Shown here in pieces: positions 18,878 to 29,375 of a DNA stretch of 64,000 nt. Origin of the DNA: Candidatus Binatota bacterium (GTDB taxonomy: Bacteria; Desulfobacterota; Binatia; UBA1149; CAITLU01). The stretch is taken from assembly GCA_024276575.1 (NCBI GenBank), contig JAJRWY010000312.1:1161-65160 (forward strand), in the 5' to 3' direction. The notes beneath the pieces were generated by a model. It worked only from the letters and a program-made list of their open reading frames with translations. It searched no databases and was not told the DNA's origin. Made by a program: the position numbers and the translations under genes. Position 1 is the stretch's first letter; each line of letters opens with the position of its first letter.

Positions 18878-20302
18878 TTGGCGCTAGTCTGCGTGGGGCA
18901 TCCGGCTCTTGTTCATGCTTCGATTAGCCAAGAGAAGAAGATGGGGGAAGAGTTTCTCGCGCAGGCGCGCCTGCAGATCCCCCTGGTTCATGACTACGAG
19001 GTTTTGAGCTTCGTCCGAGAACTCGGAACCCGCTTGGTCGCCACGTTAAAGGATCAGCCTTTCGACTACGAGTTCTTCGTGGTTCGCTCGGACGATATAA
19101 ATGCCTTTGCGGTGCCGGGAGGAAAGATATTTTTTAATGCGGGGCTTATTGCGAGAGTCGAGAGCGAAGACGAGTTGGCTGGTGTCATGGGCCATGAAAT
19201 CGCCCACTCTCATGCTCACCACATAGTTCGGCAAGAGCAAAAGAGTGCCCCAACCAACTATGCAGCTCTGCTCGGCATGCTGCTCACCGTCATTCACCCG
19301 GCACTTGGTGTCGCCGCCCTGTCGGCGGCCAACGCACAAACGCTGAAATATCAGCGTGATTTCGAACGCGAAGCGGATTTCCTGGGAGTCGGCTATGCGC
19401 GCGCAGCCGGTTTCGAAGAGGAGGCTATAATGCACTTGCTTCGCAAGTTGTTTGCGGAGCAGCAACTCAATCCCACGCTTGTTCCTCCCTATTTGAGTTC
19501 GCACCCCTTGACCGGCGAGCGTTTGAGCAACTTGGAGGCGGTGCTGGGGAATAACGAGTGGACGGGTAAGAAACTCGAGCGAAGTTACCGGCTGAAGCGT
19601 GTGCAGGCCATCGTGCGTGGGTTGTCTCAGCGTCGTGAGCAGGTAGTGCCTGAGTTTGAAAGAATGCTCGAGAGCGCCTCTGCGACCGAACGCCCCCTAG
19701 CGCTGGAACTCATGGGAATAATGATGACCCATGGCGAGGACTATGCGCTTGCACGGCCCTACCTCGAACAGGCGCGAGACGCCGGACGTAACGTGGATAG
19801 AGAACTCGGGAGAGTCTATGCACGGCTGGGAATGTCGGAGAAGGCGCTCGAGTATCTGCAGAGGGCTGCCGAGGCGCACCCGGACGATTGGAACGTTTTG
19901 GCGGACCTTGGACGCACGGAGTACCAACTCAAAGACTACGAGGGTGCGAAAGAACACCTGGAGAAGTCGGTACGTTTGTATCCCTACCTGCCGGAGGTGT
20001 TGCGTACTCTGGGAAGAGGGCTTGGAGCCTCGGATCAGGAAGGCGAGGGCTTCTACCGGTTCGGCCAGGCCTCGGAGTTGGAAGGGCATCTGGCGCAGGC
20101 GCACTATTACTACACGAAGGCGCTGGAAACATTGCCCGAAGATCATCCGTTGCGCAAGGAACTCTCCACGCACATGACGGAAGTAGAGGAAGAGGTGGGG
20201 GAAACGGAACCGGTCCCGCATCCGCGCCGCAGGGGAGACCCACCGCGTGACCCCCGCCGCGGGAGGTTCCGGCCTCAGGAAATAGGGCCGGGTATTCAAT
20301 GA
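18878..20302 (+). CDS. M48-family zinc metalloprotease with C-terminal TPR repeats (BepA/YfgC-like)
   Basis: HEIAHSHAHH (HExxH) in an M48 fold, followed by TPR-like repeats and an Arg/Pro-rich C-terminal tail. Confidence 0.75.
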   Translation: MALVCVGHPALVHASISQEKKMGEEFLAQARLQIPLVHDYEVLSFVRELGTRLVATLKDQPFDYEFFVVRSDDINAFAVPGGKIFFNAGLIARVESEDELAGVMGHEIAHSHAHHIVRQEQKSAPTNYAALLGMLLTVIHPALGVAALSAANAQTLKYQRDFEREADFLGVGYARAAGFEEEAIMHLLRKLFAEQQLNPTLVPPYLSSHPLTGERLSNLEAVLGNNEWTGKKLERSYRLKRVQAIVRGLSQRREQVVPEFERMLESASATERPLALELMGIMMTHGEDYALARPYLEQARDAGRNVDRELGRVYARLGMSEKALEYLQRAAEAHPDDWNVLADLGRTEYQLKDYEGAKEHLEKSVRLYPYLPEVLRTLGRGLGASDQEGEGFYRFGQASELEGHLAQAHYYYTKALETLPEDHPLRKELSTHMTEVEEEVGETEPVPHPRRRGDPPRDPRRGRFRPQEIGPGIQ

Positions 20303-21333
20303 CCTCTTTGTTAAGTGAGCGGGTGGCGCGCATGAAGGGCTACGTTCCGGGAGAGCAGCCCCGCGCAGGCACGCTACTGAAGCTCAACACCAACGAAAAT
20401 CCGTATCCTCCTTCGCCGCGGGTTCTGCGGGCGGTGGGGGAGGCCGCCTCTCGAGACCTACGCTTATACCCCTCGGCGCGCGCCGACGAACTGCGCGAGG
20501 CGGCGGCTCAATGTTACGGATGTAGGCCGGAGCAGGTATTGGCAGCCAATGGATCGGACGAAATTCTGGCGCTGTGCCTGAGAGCCTGTGTCAGTGAAGG
20601 TGACGTGGTGGCCTTCCCGCGGCCCACGTACTCGCTTTACCCGACTTTGGCTGAGGCAGCCGGTGCCAGCATCGTCGAGGTTCCCGCTTTGCCCGGCGAG
20701 ATCCCGGCCGGCCTGCTCGAGGCCGGCGCCGCGGTTACTTTTCTGTGCAGTCCCAACTCTCCGAGCGGTGCGAGCCTGCAACTACAGGAAATATCGCGCT
20801 TCGCCCAGGCGGCGGGTGGCCTCGTGGTGGTCGATGAAGCCTACGTCGATTTTGCTTCGCACAGCGCCTTGGAGATTCTCGACCGGCATTCGAACCTGCT
20901 GGTAAGCAGGTCTTTTTCCAAGTCTTTCTCGATGGCCGGAGTAAGGCTAGGGCTTGGCTTCGCCGCTCCGGATCTGATCGAGGGGCTGAACCGGGTAAAG
21001 GATTCCTACAATGTTTCGCGTTTGGCGGCAGCGGCCGGTGTGGCTGCCCTGGCCGACTATCGCTGGATGCGTGACAGCGCTGCCAAGGTTTGTGCCACCC
21101 GGGATCGTACGATCTCCCGGCTTCGCCAGGCCGGTTGGCAGGCGGCCGACTCCGATGCAAATTTTTTCTGGCTGGACTGCGGCGGGGAAGGGGGGCTGAG
21201 CGTTTACCGGCGCCTGCGTGACGGCGGGGTTTTGGTTCGCTACTTCAACACAGAAGAACTTCGCGGGGGTGTACGTGTTAGCGTCGGTACGGATGAGCAG
21301 ATGGAGCGTTTCTTGGCAGTACTCGGAGTGTGA
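20299..21333 (+). CDS. hisC: Histidinol-phosphate aminotransferase
   Basis: MKGYVPGEQP...LKLNTNENPYPPSP signature and a PLP-lysine context (SKSFSMAGVRLG). Confidence 0.9.
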   Translation: MTSLLSERVARMKGYVPGEQPRAGTLLKLNTNENPYPPSPRVLRAVGEAASRDLRLYPSARADELREAAAQCYGCRPEQVLAANGSDEILALCLRACVSEGDVVAFPRPTYSLYPTLAEAAGASIVEVPALPGEIPAGLLEAGAAVTFLCSPNSPSGASLQLQEISRFAQAAGGLVVVDEAYVDFASHSALEILDRHSNLLVSRSFSKSFSMAGVRLGLGFAAPDLIEGLNRVKDSYNVSRLAAAAGVAALADYRWMRDSAAKVCATRDRTISRLRQAGWQAADSDANFFWLDCGGEGGLSVYRRLRDGGVLVRYFNTEELRGGVRVSVGTDEQMERFLAVLGV

Positions 21334-21479
21334 GCGGCGCGTGCTCTAGCTTGGACCGCTCACAAGACGGCGCGCTGCGGAGTCTGATAAAGGCTGATGC
21401 TATCTCGAACCGTACGCCGCTCGCCGGGTAGAGGCTCACCTTTGGAGTTTCCGTTGCGAGCTTTCACGAACGGTTCAAG

Positions 21480-22952
21480 TCAATCGCTCTGTGTCTTTGC
21501 GGATGCAGCGCCGGAGCTGGGGTCCGTTTTCGCGGCAGTGGCCTGAGGAGCTGCTTCGAGGAAGTCGTCCGGCTTGAAATCCAAGCGAGAGAATAAATGA
21601 CCGCCTCCTGACATGATGGTGGGGCTGCCCGCACGCTTGAAGTAATACACGGGTTGTTCGGCGCCGGGGTCCGGGGAGCCTGCCGATGCGGCGGCGCATA
21701 CATTGCCTTCGCTGTCGGCGACGCTCACCTCGACCAGGGGCCGGTATAGGCCGAAACGTTTCAGGGCCTCCGCTTCGTTGCCCTCGTCGCTCACGATATG
21801 CTCGGCCTGCAAGCGGGCAAGACCGCTACGCACTCGCAGCGGTGCCGCCTGTTTTAGCTTGCGCTGCTGCGGCGGGTCTATGGACCAGTTCCCATCACTG
21901 TCTTCTCGAAGGACGAAGGCGGTAGATGAACTTGGCCGGAAGCGCAACTCTTTTACGGTGTCGAAGTCGCAGCGAAAAACGGATTTGTCTCTCATCTCAT
22001 TGGGGTCTTTGGTGAAGATCCGTACGGAGCTGTTGGCAACCTTTGCGATCTGCCCGTCGCCGAGCCGTCTTAGGTAGTGGCCGCTCGGTTGTTCCTCGGC
22101 GACGTCGCTCATCGCGAAACCACGGCGCTCCCCACCTTTTAACTCCACCGTTACTTCGAGAACGGGTTTATCGAGACCGAGTTCGGCAAGATCAGGTTCG
22201 TAGCCATCGGTGCCGGGATCCACGAAGGCCATAGCGCGCAAGGCGTTGATCGAGGAGACTAGAGATCTAAGTCCCGACGAATCCGCCAGATCTCTGATGG
22301 GCGCCACCATGTTCCAAGTATCCCCATTGCGCTGGAAACGCACCTCGCGATCCTTTCCCCGTAGGTTGAGACTCAGGGCTTTGTCGAAGTCGATATCGAA
22401 AAGACTCTTGTCTCGTAAGTCGAAGAGCGTTTTCTTGACTCCGGAGTGAAACAATAGCGGCGTAACCACCACCTCGTCGCTGTCTTCGAGCCTAGCGAAA
22501 GCCGAGAAGCCTACGGGGGTGGTGCGCCCGACTATAATGGCCGGCAGTTCCTGGCCGTCTTTCAAACCGAACTGTATGCGGGCCTGTGTCCCGTCGCCCT
22601 CGAGCCCGTAGCTCGAAAGCTCCAAAGTCTCGCCAGCGTCCAGGCGTCGCTGAAGTTCGAGGTCAGCGGCAGCTTTGACCAAGTTGTTTACGGTTCGCTG
22701 TTCAGCGGGGTATTCCAGCGGAGCTTCGATCTGCCATTTTCCAGCCTTTCGCCTTATCAAAATCGGCTCAGCGTCCGGATACGAAAGACGTATAGTATCG
22801 ACGTCCTCAGCCGCGAAATTCAGCAATTTGTCCGGCGCCGCTTCTGCCTCCATCTTCGGCCGTTCGACGAAATAAATATATGCGCCGAAGATCAAAGACA
22901 GGGCGGTGGCCAGAATCGCCTTCCACGGTTTCACAACGAGGAGCGCCTCCAC
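21480..22952 (-). CDS. DUF4340-domain membrane-anchored protein, fourth gene of the GldG module
   Basis: N-terminal TM anchor and typical placement directly downstream of gldG-like genes. Confidence 0.6.
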   Translation of the reverse strand: MEALLVVKPWKAILATALSLIFGAYIYFVERPKMEAEAAPDKLLNFAAEDVDTIRLSYPDAEPILIRRKAGKWQIEAPLEYPAEQRTVNNLVKAAADLELQRRLDAGETLELSSYGLEGDGTQARIQFGLKDGQELPAIIVGRTTPVGFSAFARLEDSDEVVVTPLLFHSGVKKTLFDLRDKSLFDIDFDKALSLNLRGKDREVRFQRNGDTWNMVAPIRDLADSSGLRSLVSSINALRAMAFVDPGTDGYEPDLAELGLDKPVLEVTVELKGGERRGFAMSDVAEEQPSGHYLRRLGDGQIAKVANSSVRIFTKDPNEMRDKSVFRCDFDTVKELRFRPSSSTAFVLREDSDGNWSIDPPQQRKLKQAAPLRVRSGLARLQAEHIVSDEGNEAEALKRFGLYRPLVEVSVADSEGNVCAAASAGSPDPGAEQPVYYFKRAGSPTIMSGGGHLFSRLDFKPDDFLEAAPQATAAKTDPSSGAASAKTQSD

Positions 22953-24505
22953 CAGACCGCAATGCCGGCCAACAGTATCAGTTCAGGTAAGACCAGCACC
23001 GACAAGTAAAAGACAGTGCGTGCTTGATCAGGTTCGAGATAGGCTCGCGACGCCCGGATTGCGCGCGGACCTATTGATATCAGTTGATCCTCACCCGCAA
23101 GCCAAGCCACTACGCTCAAGGCGAGGTCTCCGTTGAAAAGCTGCCTGATATAACGGTTGCTGACGAAACTCGCATCGCCGAAAACCGCGAAACGCATCTC
23201 ACTGTCTTGCTCTTGGCCGAAAGTTCCCGGGGGGGCGCTACCCGCCGCCGCTAACGGTACGGGGCCTTTCTTGTCGTTCTCGTCAAGTTCCGCTTCACCG
23301 GCCTCGAAGACGCGCGCGACATCGGTCTCGGCCCAACTCGATTCGGCGGTGAAAGCCAGCGGTTTCAACGTGATGCCAGGTCTCGGATCGGAAGCCATCG
23401 ATATCGACCGTGCTACCGAGAATAGTGTGCGGTTCTTGATCGGCGACACCGCCGGATGGTCCGTGTAGTGGCTGACCACCGGATCGGTGCCGAGCGTCAT
23501 ACCTTCGAACAGACGCATTTGGCGGTCGAGAATGAGATCGTCGCCAGGGAAAATCCCAAAGGCTCCAAGAACTCCGTTGAGTTCGGCACTCTTTTGCGGT
23601 TCCAGCAGGAACAACACATGCCCGCCTTCTTCCATGTAGCTGCCGATCATCTTCAACTCAGCGGGAAAGTACTCACGGTCGGCCGCACTGACTATCAGCA
23701 AGTCTGCATCGTCCGGGATCGCGCCCGCCTCGGCGGGAAATACAGAGGCTACCTCATAGTTCTGTCCGCGCAGATCAGTCGCAAACAGTCCAAGGCCCGC
23801 AGGGCTTTCGCTGTCGTCGATAGCGCCTTCTCCGTGGCCTTCAACGAAATAGATCTTCTTTTGTGTGTCCGCGGTTACGCGGTTGATACCGTTGGTTATC
23901 GATTCCTCGTCGATCTTCCTTACTACCGTAGACCGCTCGCCCTTCTTGATCTTTAGCGTTGGAACTTGAGTGACCATCTCTCGTTGGGCTAGTTCGGGGT
24001 TTACCTGAGGGTCGATGATCCGGAATTTTAGACGGTCGCTGTGGTAGTCATAGATGTCGATTACTTCACGCAAGAACTGCTCGTCGCGTGGGTCTACGAA
24101 GGCCAGGATTTCCACGTCGCCATCCAGTCGCGACAGCACCTCCCGGGATTGCTGCGAAAGGCTGTTGACTGCCGAGGCCGTCATGTCGAAGCGCTTGTGG
24201 TAGCGTACTCCCATGAAATTGGCCATTGCTATTATCGCGACAAAAGCCAGTGAGTATATCGCTGCGTTCACTCCGTAGCGCGTTGAGCGTGCTTTGGCGA
24301 AAGCAGTGATCGATCCGCTGCCAGCCCAAAAGTACCAAATCAATGCCGCGACGCCGGCGATCAGATGGGCGCCGGCGTACCAGCCGATACTTAAATATCC
24401 GGCGCGTGGATCGTAGGTCATCCAATGTTCGAGCAGTGCGAAGACGATGAAGACCAGCCCGACGATGCCCAGTATTGGAGTGCGCCTGCCCATGCTTACT
24501 TCCAC
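22931..24505 (-). CDS. GldG-like ABC transporter auxiliary component
   Basis: N- and C-terminal TM anchors flanking a large periplasmic domain; 524 aa; gene-order context. Confidence 0.7.
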   Translation of the reverse strand: MEVSMGRRTPILGIVGLVFIVFALLEHWMTYDPRAGYLSIGWYAGAHLIAGVAALIWYFWAGSGSITAFAKARSTRYGVNAAIYSLAFVAIIAMANFMGVRYHKRFDMTASAVNSLSQQSREVLSRLDGDVEILAFVDPRDEQFLREVIDIYDYHSDRLKFRIIDPQVNPELAQREMVTQVPTLKIKKGERSTVVRKIDEESITNGINRVTADTQKKIYFVEGHGEGAIDDSESPAGLGLFATDLRGQNYEVASVFPAEAGAIPDDADLLIVSAADREYFPAELKMIGSYMEEGGHVLFLLEPQKSAELNGVLGAFGIFPGDDLILDRQMRLFEGMTLGTDPVVSHYTDHPAVSPIKNRTLFSVARSISMASDPRPGITLKPLAFTAESSWAETDVARVFEAGEAELDENDKKGPVPLAAAGSAPPGTFGQEQDSEMRFAVFGDASFVSNRYIRQLFNGDLALSVVAWLAGEDQLISIGPRAIRASRAYLEPDQARTVFYLSVLVLPELILLAGIAVWWRRSSL

Positions 24506-25266
24506 CGTGCGGCTTCAACCGCCCTATGAGTCAGAAAAAGGAACAACGATGTGAGGCTCGCGAAGTACAGCAGGTCTGCTGTGTCGATCACTCCTTTGAC
24601 CATGTTGCGGAAATGTTCGGTTACCGACAGGTAGTTGAGAACGGCCTTCATCGTTTCTCCCGCACCTTCAGCCGGCCAGTTGATGACGAACAGCAGCAGT
24701 AGAATTACCAGCGAGGTGATGGTCGCGATTATCTGGTTAGAAGTCAGCGCCGAGGTAAAGTTGCCAACCGCGACGAAAGACAACGCCATCAAGTAAAGCC
24801 CCAGGTATCCGCTGAAGATGAGCCCCATCTCCGGGTTCCCGTAAACACTGACTACTGCGGGGAAGACCAGGGTGATAGCCAACATCAACGTCACCAGTGC
24901 GGCGCCGGCCAAGAACTTTCCGCCCACGATCTCGGCTACGGAAAGCGGGGAGGTAAACAGCAATTCGTAAGTGCCGGAACTGCGCTCTTCGGCGAAACTG
25001 CGCATGGTTATCATCGGACTTACGATCAGCAACACCGTCGACATGTTCTGCAACAGAGGCCCAATTACGGCATCGTTCAAATTCAACCAGGTGGTGTCCA
25101 TGCCTTGTAGCATAGAGTATTGGGCCACCAGCCGGTTGAATTGCCCGAGTAGGTTGAAGAAGAACCACCCCGACAGCAGCAGGAAGCCGGTAAGCACCAC
25201 GTAAGCGATCGGTGAAACGAAAACCGAACGGAGATCCCGCCAAGCTATGGTCAGCAGGTTACGCAT
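24496..25266 (-). CDS. ABC-2 family permease (GldF-like)
   Basis: Six TM segments and N-terminus MRNLLTIAWRDLRSVF. The start at 25266 avoids a 62-nt overlap with the ATPase gene; the tool start is 25320. Confidence 0.7.
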   Translation of the reverse strand: MRNLLTIAWRDLRSVFVSPIAYVVLTGFLLLSGWFFFNLLGQFNRLVAQYSMLQGMDTTWLNLNDAVIGPLLQNMSTVLLIVSPMITMRSFAEERSSGTYELLFTSPLSVAEIVGGKFLAGAALVTLMLAITLVFPAVVSVYGNPEMGLIFSGYLGLYLMALSFVAVGNFTSALTSNQIIATITSLVILLLLFVINWPAEGAGETMKAVLNYLSVTEHFRNMVKGVIDTADLLYFASLTSLFLFLTHRAVEAARWK

Positions 25267-26086
25267 CTGCGCTACCTCGCTCATCTCTAGCCCTGTCCAC
25301 GGCCTTCCCTTCTCCGGCATTCCCCGCCGCGGTAGCGGAAGTCCTCCCGGATCCTCCAGTGACGCCTCTGCTTTGCGCGCTGTCGCGGCCGACGTGGCGC
25401 AGGTATTCCTGCTCGAGGCTGCCGTGGCTGGTCAAATCGGCGATGTCGGTCTCCAGCGCGACGCGGCCTTCGTTGATTATGACCACTCGCTGACAGATCT
25501 GAGCGACCTCGGGAAGTATGTGCGTTGACAGGATGACTGTACGCTCGGCGGTCAAGCCTTTGATCAACTCGCGTATTTCTATGATTTGAGCAGGATCCAG
25601 CCCGATGGTCGGTTCATCGAGAATCAGTACCGCAGGCTCATGGATCAGCGCTTGCGCGAGGCCTACACGTTGCCGGTAGCCCTTGGAGAGATGCCCGCAC
25701 AACCGGCCGGCTACTGCTTCGAGTCCACATTCCGAAACTACCCGCTCCGTGGCTTGGCGAATCTGCTTGCGGGCGACGCCTTTGAGCTTGGCGACATGTT
25801 GCAAGTAACGGTCCACCTTCATTTCCAGGTATAGGGGCGGAGTTTCCGGTAGATAGCCGATGCGGCGGCGTACCTCGAAGGAATCGTCGAAGACGTCGAA
25901 GCCGTCGACGGTTACCGTACCTTCCGTAGCCGGCATGAAGCCGGTGATGATGCGCATGGTGGTGGTGTTTCCGGCCCCGTTGGGCCCGAGAAAGCCGGTT
26001 GCCTGCCCGGTTTTCGCCTGGAAACTGACGCCGGATACAGCGGTGACCGATCCGTAACTCTTACTCAGGTTCTTTACGTCTATCAT
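25259..26086 (-). CDS. ABC transporter ATP-binding protein (GldA-like)
   Basis: MIDVKNLSKSYG, Walker A GPNGAGNTT, signature LSKGYRQRV and Walker B ILDEPT. The tool ORF extends to 26368, but that 5' extension is low-complexity and overlaps polA. Confidence 0.88.
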   Translation of the reverse strand: MIDVKNLSKSYGSVTAVSGVSFQAKTGQATGFLGPNGAGNTTTMRIITGFMPATEGTVTVDGFDVFDDSFEVRRRIGYLPETPPLYLEMKVDRYLQHVAKLKGVARKQIRQATERVVSECGLEAVAGRLCGHLSKGYRQRVGLAQALIHEPAVLILDEPTIGLDPAQIIEIRELIKGLTAERTVILSTHILPEVAQICQRVVIINEGRVALETDIADLTSHGSLEQEYLRHVGRDSAQSRGVTGGSGRTSATAAGNAGEGKAVDRARDERGSADA

Positions 26087-26357
26087 TTCTTGCGCGAAGG
26101 TGGCGTCGCGTCTTGATGCAACCGTCTTAGCACAAGCAAGGTGGCTGTCAAGAAAACGCGGCGACGGCGAATATAGCGACGGCGAACGCAGGGCAGGCGA
26201 ACGAAGGGGAAGTAAACTCAGCGGCGGTAAGTGGAGTCGCAGAAAGCGCAACGCCGGCACCGAACCCGGCCTCGGCACAATCGAATCCGCTTTTGATCCT
26301 CGCGGGTGCCACGCAGCCCCGGTTGCAATTGGCAATATACTGCCCGAGTGTGGCAAG

Positions 26358-29174
26358 GTGAGCGGCAACCCCGGCAGCCCGGTTTACCTGATCGACGTCA
26401 GTTTTTTCGTTTTTCGGGCCTACCACGCGTTGCCTCCGTTGAACACCTCATCGGGGCAGGCTACCAATGCGGTTCACGGGGTCGCGACCATGCTCGAGCG
26501 GCTGCTGCGCTCGGAAAGGCCCATCTATGTCGGAGCCTGCTTCGATTCTTCCGGCGACACCTTCCGCCATGAAATCTACCCCGACTACAAAGCCAACCGC
26601 GACGAACCCGATGAAGATTTGAAGCTTCAGTTCCCGTTGGTACGGCGCCTGATTCGCGCGATGAACATAACGTGTTTCGAGCACGCGGGCGCTGAAGCCG
26701 ACGATATTCTCGCGACTCTGGCGCTGCGTTGCTCGCGGGCCGGGCATAGTGTGGTGATCGTCACCGGGGACAAGGATCTCATGCAGTGTGTCAGTGACCG
26801 GGTCTCTCTGTCGGATCCGGTCAAGGGGCGGCGGGTCGGCAAGCCTCAGGTTCTGGAGAAGTTCGGTGTGGCTCCGGAGAGTGTTCCCGATGTGCTCGGT
26901 TTGATGGGGGATTCTTCCGACAATATTCCGGGTATCAAGGGTATAGGGCCAAAGAGTGCGGCGGTATTGATGGCCCATTTCGGATCTTTGGAGCAAATGT
27001 ACGAAAGGCTCGATGAGATTGAGTCGCTTTCTCTTCGCGGCGCCAAGGCGGTGCGCAAGAAGATCGAAGAAGGCCGGGCCATGGCCTTGCTGTGCCGCCG
27101 TCTGGCGACCGTCGACTACGAAATACCGGTGGATGCGGAACTCGAAGATCTACGCCTCTGTAAGCTCTCGAGCCCTGAACTCGAGGCTTTGGCTGAAGAA
27201 CTGGAGATGAGAAAGCTGCCGGTTCGCATGCGGGAGTTGGCGAGCAACCTAGGGCTCGAGATCGACAGTGGTGGTGTGGACCGTGAAGGCCATGGCGAGG
27301 CGGCGATCGAGAAGGATGGTGAAGTGCCGGGCAGATCCGCGAGTCCGGACGCAAAGATGCCTAAGCGGTCCGGGAACGGAGCTGAGGATCTCGGATTCGC
27401 GAATTCAGGGTCCGGTGAGGCTACGGGGTCAGGGATAGAGACCGGGGCTACCAGGGACCTTTTTACGACAGTTACAGATGCCGCGCAGCTGCGGAGCTGG
27501 GGAGATTGGCGGGCCATGGCCGGCGCCAGGGTCTACGTTGTTTTGATCACCGGCGGAGATTCCGCTCCCGGCCCGGCCGTACTGGCTGTCGGCCGTCCGG
27601 CGGGTGGGGAAGGGGAGTTCTTCGAGTCGGCCCTCCTGGTTGGCGAGGCGGTCCTGACACAGTGCCTGTCCGCCTACGCGGAAGCGGAAACAGATTTGGT
27701 TGGAGTGGATATCAAGGGCCTGTGCCGTGATTTCTCGGCGCGGCCGGGAAGCGACGGCCTCGATCTGGGAGTCGCTTCGTATCTGATCGACGCTTCAGCC
27801 GGGGATCACGGCCGCGAAGACATGGCCCGCCGCTTGCTCGGCGAAGAAGCTGTCGCGCTCGAAGCACGGCCTGATGCGGTCGAAGCCGCGCTTGCACAAT
27901 TACGTAGGCTCGAGTCGCGCGTGCTCGAATTGCTGAAGGAGCGTGAACAGACAAAGCTCTACCGAGAGCTTGAACACCCACTGCTTTCCTTGCTCGCCGC
28001 CATGGAAGCGCGTGGCATAATGCTCGACGTTGAGGCTCTGCACGCGATGTCGCGGGATCTGGAAGCAAGCATGGCCGAGTTGGTGGGCCGGGTCTATGAA
28101 GCCGCGGGTTGTGAATTCAACATTCTTTCGCCGCTGCAGTTGCGAGAGATCCTGTTCACGCGTCTCGGGCTGCCGAGCAAGGGGATCAAGAAGACCAAGA
28201 GCGGCCCCTCGACCGACAGCGATTCGCTGGCGGCACTGGCCGGCAAGCACCCTCTGCCCGATCTTGTCCTCGAGTACCGCGGTATGGCCAAGCTGAAGTC
28301 GACTTATGTGGACGCGTTGCCGCGCTTGGTCGACGAGCACGGGCGGATTCATACGAGACTCAACCAGACCGTGACTGCCACCGGCCGGCTCAGTTCCAAG
28401 GATCCTAACTTGCAGAACATTCCGGTGAGAACCGAGGAGGGTTCGCGTATAAGGGCGGCCTTCATCGCGCCGCCGGGAAGGCGCTTGGTGTCGGCGGATT
28501 ACAACCAGATAGAATTGAGGGTATTGGCCGAGTTGTCGCGCGACGAGAATCTGATCGCCGCTTTCGAGCAGGGGCTGGATATCCATACTGCGACTGCGGC
28601 CGAGTTGCTCGAGTTGCCGGCTGCGGAGGTGACGCCGGCGATGCGTCGTGAAGCCAAGGTGGTAAATTACGGGATCGTCTATGGTATGGGGCCGTCGCGC
28701 CTGTCACGAGAGCTTGGGATCAGCCGTGCGGCCGCTGCCGACTACATAGAGCGCTACTTCGAACGCTACGCCGGGGTTGCCCGCTACTACGAGCAAATGC
28801 TCGAGAGGGCGCGTGAACAGGGCTACGTATCTACGCTGTTTGGGCGCCGCCGCTATTTGCACGACATAAACAGTTCCCACGGAGGCCTTCGGCAAGCTGC
28901 GGAGAGAGTCGCGACCAACACCACCATTCAGGGTAGTGCCGCCGATTTGATCAAGCGCGCCATGGTCGATCTCGAGGCAGCCCTTGAAGCCAGTGGCGCA
29001 CCCGGCGCGGATCTCATTCTACAAATTCATTACGAGCTGTTACTCGAATGCGACGTGGGGGATGTCGATGCGGTTTCGGCCCTGCTGGTCGAGGTCATGG
29101 AGGGAGTTGCGGACCTCGTTGTTCCCGTTGCGGTCGAGGTGGGTAGCGGAAGCAATTGGGCCGAGGCCCACTGA
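26358..29174 (+). CDS. polA: DNA polymerase I
   Basis: 5'-3' exonuclease start (VYLIDVSFFVFRAYHA), a 3'-5' exonuclease/linker region and polymerase motifs (RRxAKxxNYGxxYG, QIHDELL-like QIHYELLLE). The GTG at 26358 is preferred over the tool start at 26100. Confidence 0.9.
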   Translation: MSGNPGSPVYLIDVSFFVFRAYHALPPLNTSSGQATNAVHGVATMLERLLRSERPIYVGACFDSSGDTFRHEIYPDYKANRDEPDEDLKLQFPLVRRLIRAMNITCFEHAGAEADDILATLALRCSRAGHSVVIVTGDKDLMQCVSDRVSLSDPVKGRRVGKPQVLEKFGVAPESVPDVLGLMGDSSDNIPGIKGIGPKSAAVLMAHFGSLEQMYERLDEIESLSLRGAKAVRKKIEEGRAMALLCRRLATVDYEIPVDAELEDLRLCKLSSPELEALAEELEMRKLPVRMRELASNLGLEIDSGGVDREGHGEAAIEKDGEVPGRSASPDAKMPKRSGNGAEDLGFANSGSGEATGSGIETGATRDLFTTVTDAAQLRSWGDWRAMAGARVYVVLITGGDSAPGPAVLAVGRPAGGEGEFFESALLVGEAVLTQCLSAYAEAETDLVGVDIKGLCRDFSARPGSDGLDLGVASYLIDASAGDHGREDMARRLLGEEAVALEARPDAVEAALAQLRRLESRVLELLKEREQTKLYRELEHPLLSLLAAMEARGIMLDVEALHAMSRDLEASMAELVGRVYEAAGCEFNILSPLQLREILFTRLGLPSKGIKKTKSGPSTDSDSLAALAGKHPLPDLVLEYRGMAKLKSTYVDALPRLVDEHGRIHTRLNQTVTATGRLSSKDPNLQNIPVRTEEGSRIRAAFIAPPGRRLVSADYNQIELRVLAELSRDENLIAAFEQGLDIHTATAAELLELPAAEVTPAMRREAKVVNYGIVYGMGPSRLSRELGISRAAAADYIERYFERYAGVARYYEQMLERAREQGYVSTLFGRRRYLHDINSSHGGLRQAAERVATNTTIQGSAADLIKRAMVDLEAALEASGAPGADLILQIHYELLLECDVGDVDAVSALLVEVMEGVADLVVPVAVEVGSGSNWAEAH

Positions 29175-29375
29175 GCAACCCGTTAGTCGTAGTCTCGCGG
29201 TGCTTTGCTGCACTTTCTGACCCTTGGGCGCTTCGTTGGCACCGTCTACGGGTCCGGCTTTGGGATCCGCTGCTGTTTTTTACCAAAGTTATTGGATTGC
29301 ATGGAGTTTCTTCGGCTTTGATGTGAATATGGCGTGATTGGTGGCGTCTACCGCTACTGATATGGAGCTGCATAC

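Noticed and set aside
21327-21361. An inverted repeat (GTGAGCGG...CCGCTCAC) at the hisC stop as a possible bidirectional terminator
   Set aside because: The loop is 18 nt, unstructured and lacks a U-tract on either side, so the evidence is too weak to call a terminator.
26087-26368. A 94-aa N-terminal extension of the ABC ATPase ORF, and an 86-aa extension of the polA ORF that overlaps it on the opposite strand
   Set aside because: Both extensions are low-complexity, overlap each other antisense and precede perfectly canonical N-termini (MIDVKNLSKSYG for the ATPase; VYLIDVSFF after a GTG for polA). In high-GC DNA, long open frames upstream of real starts are expected.
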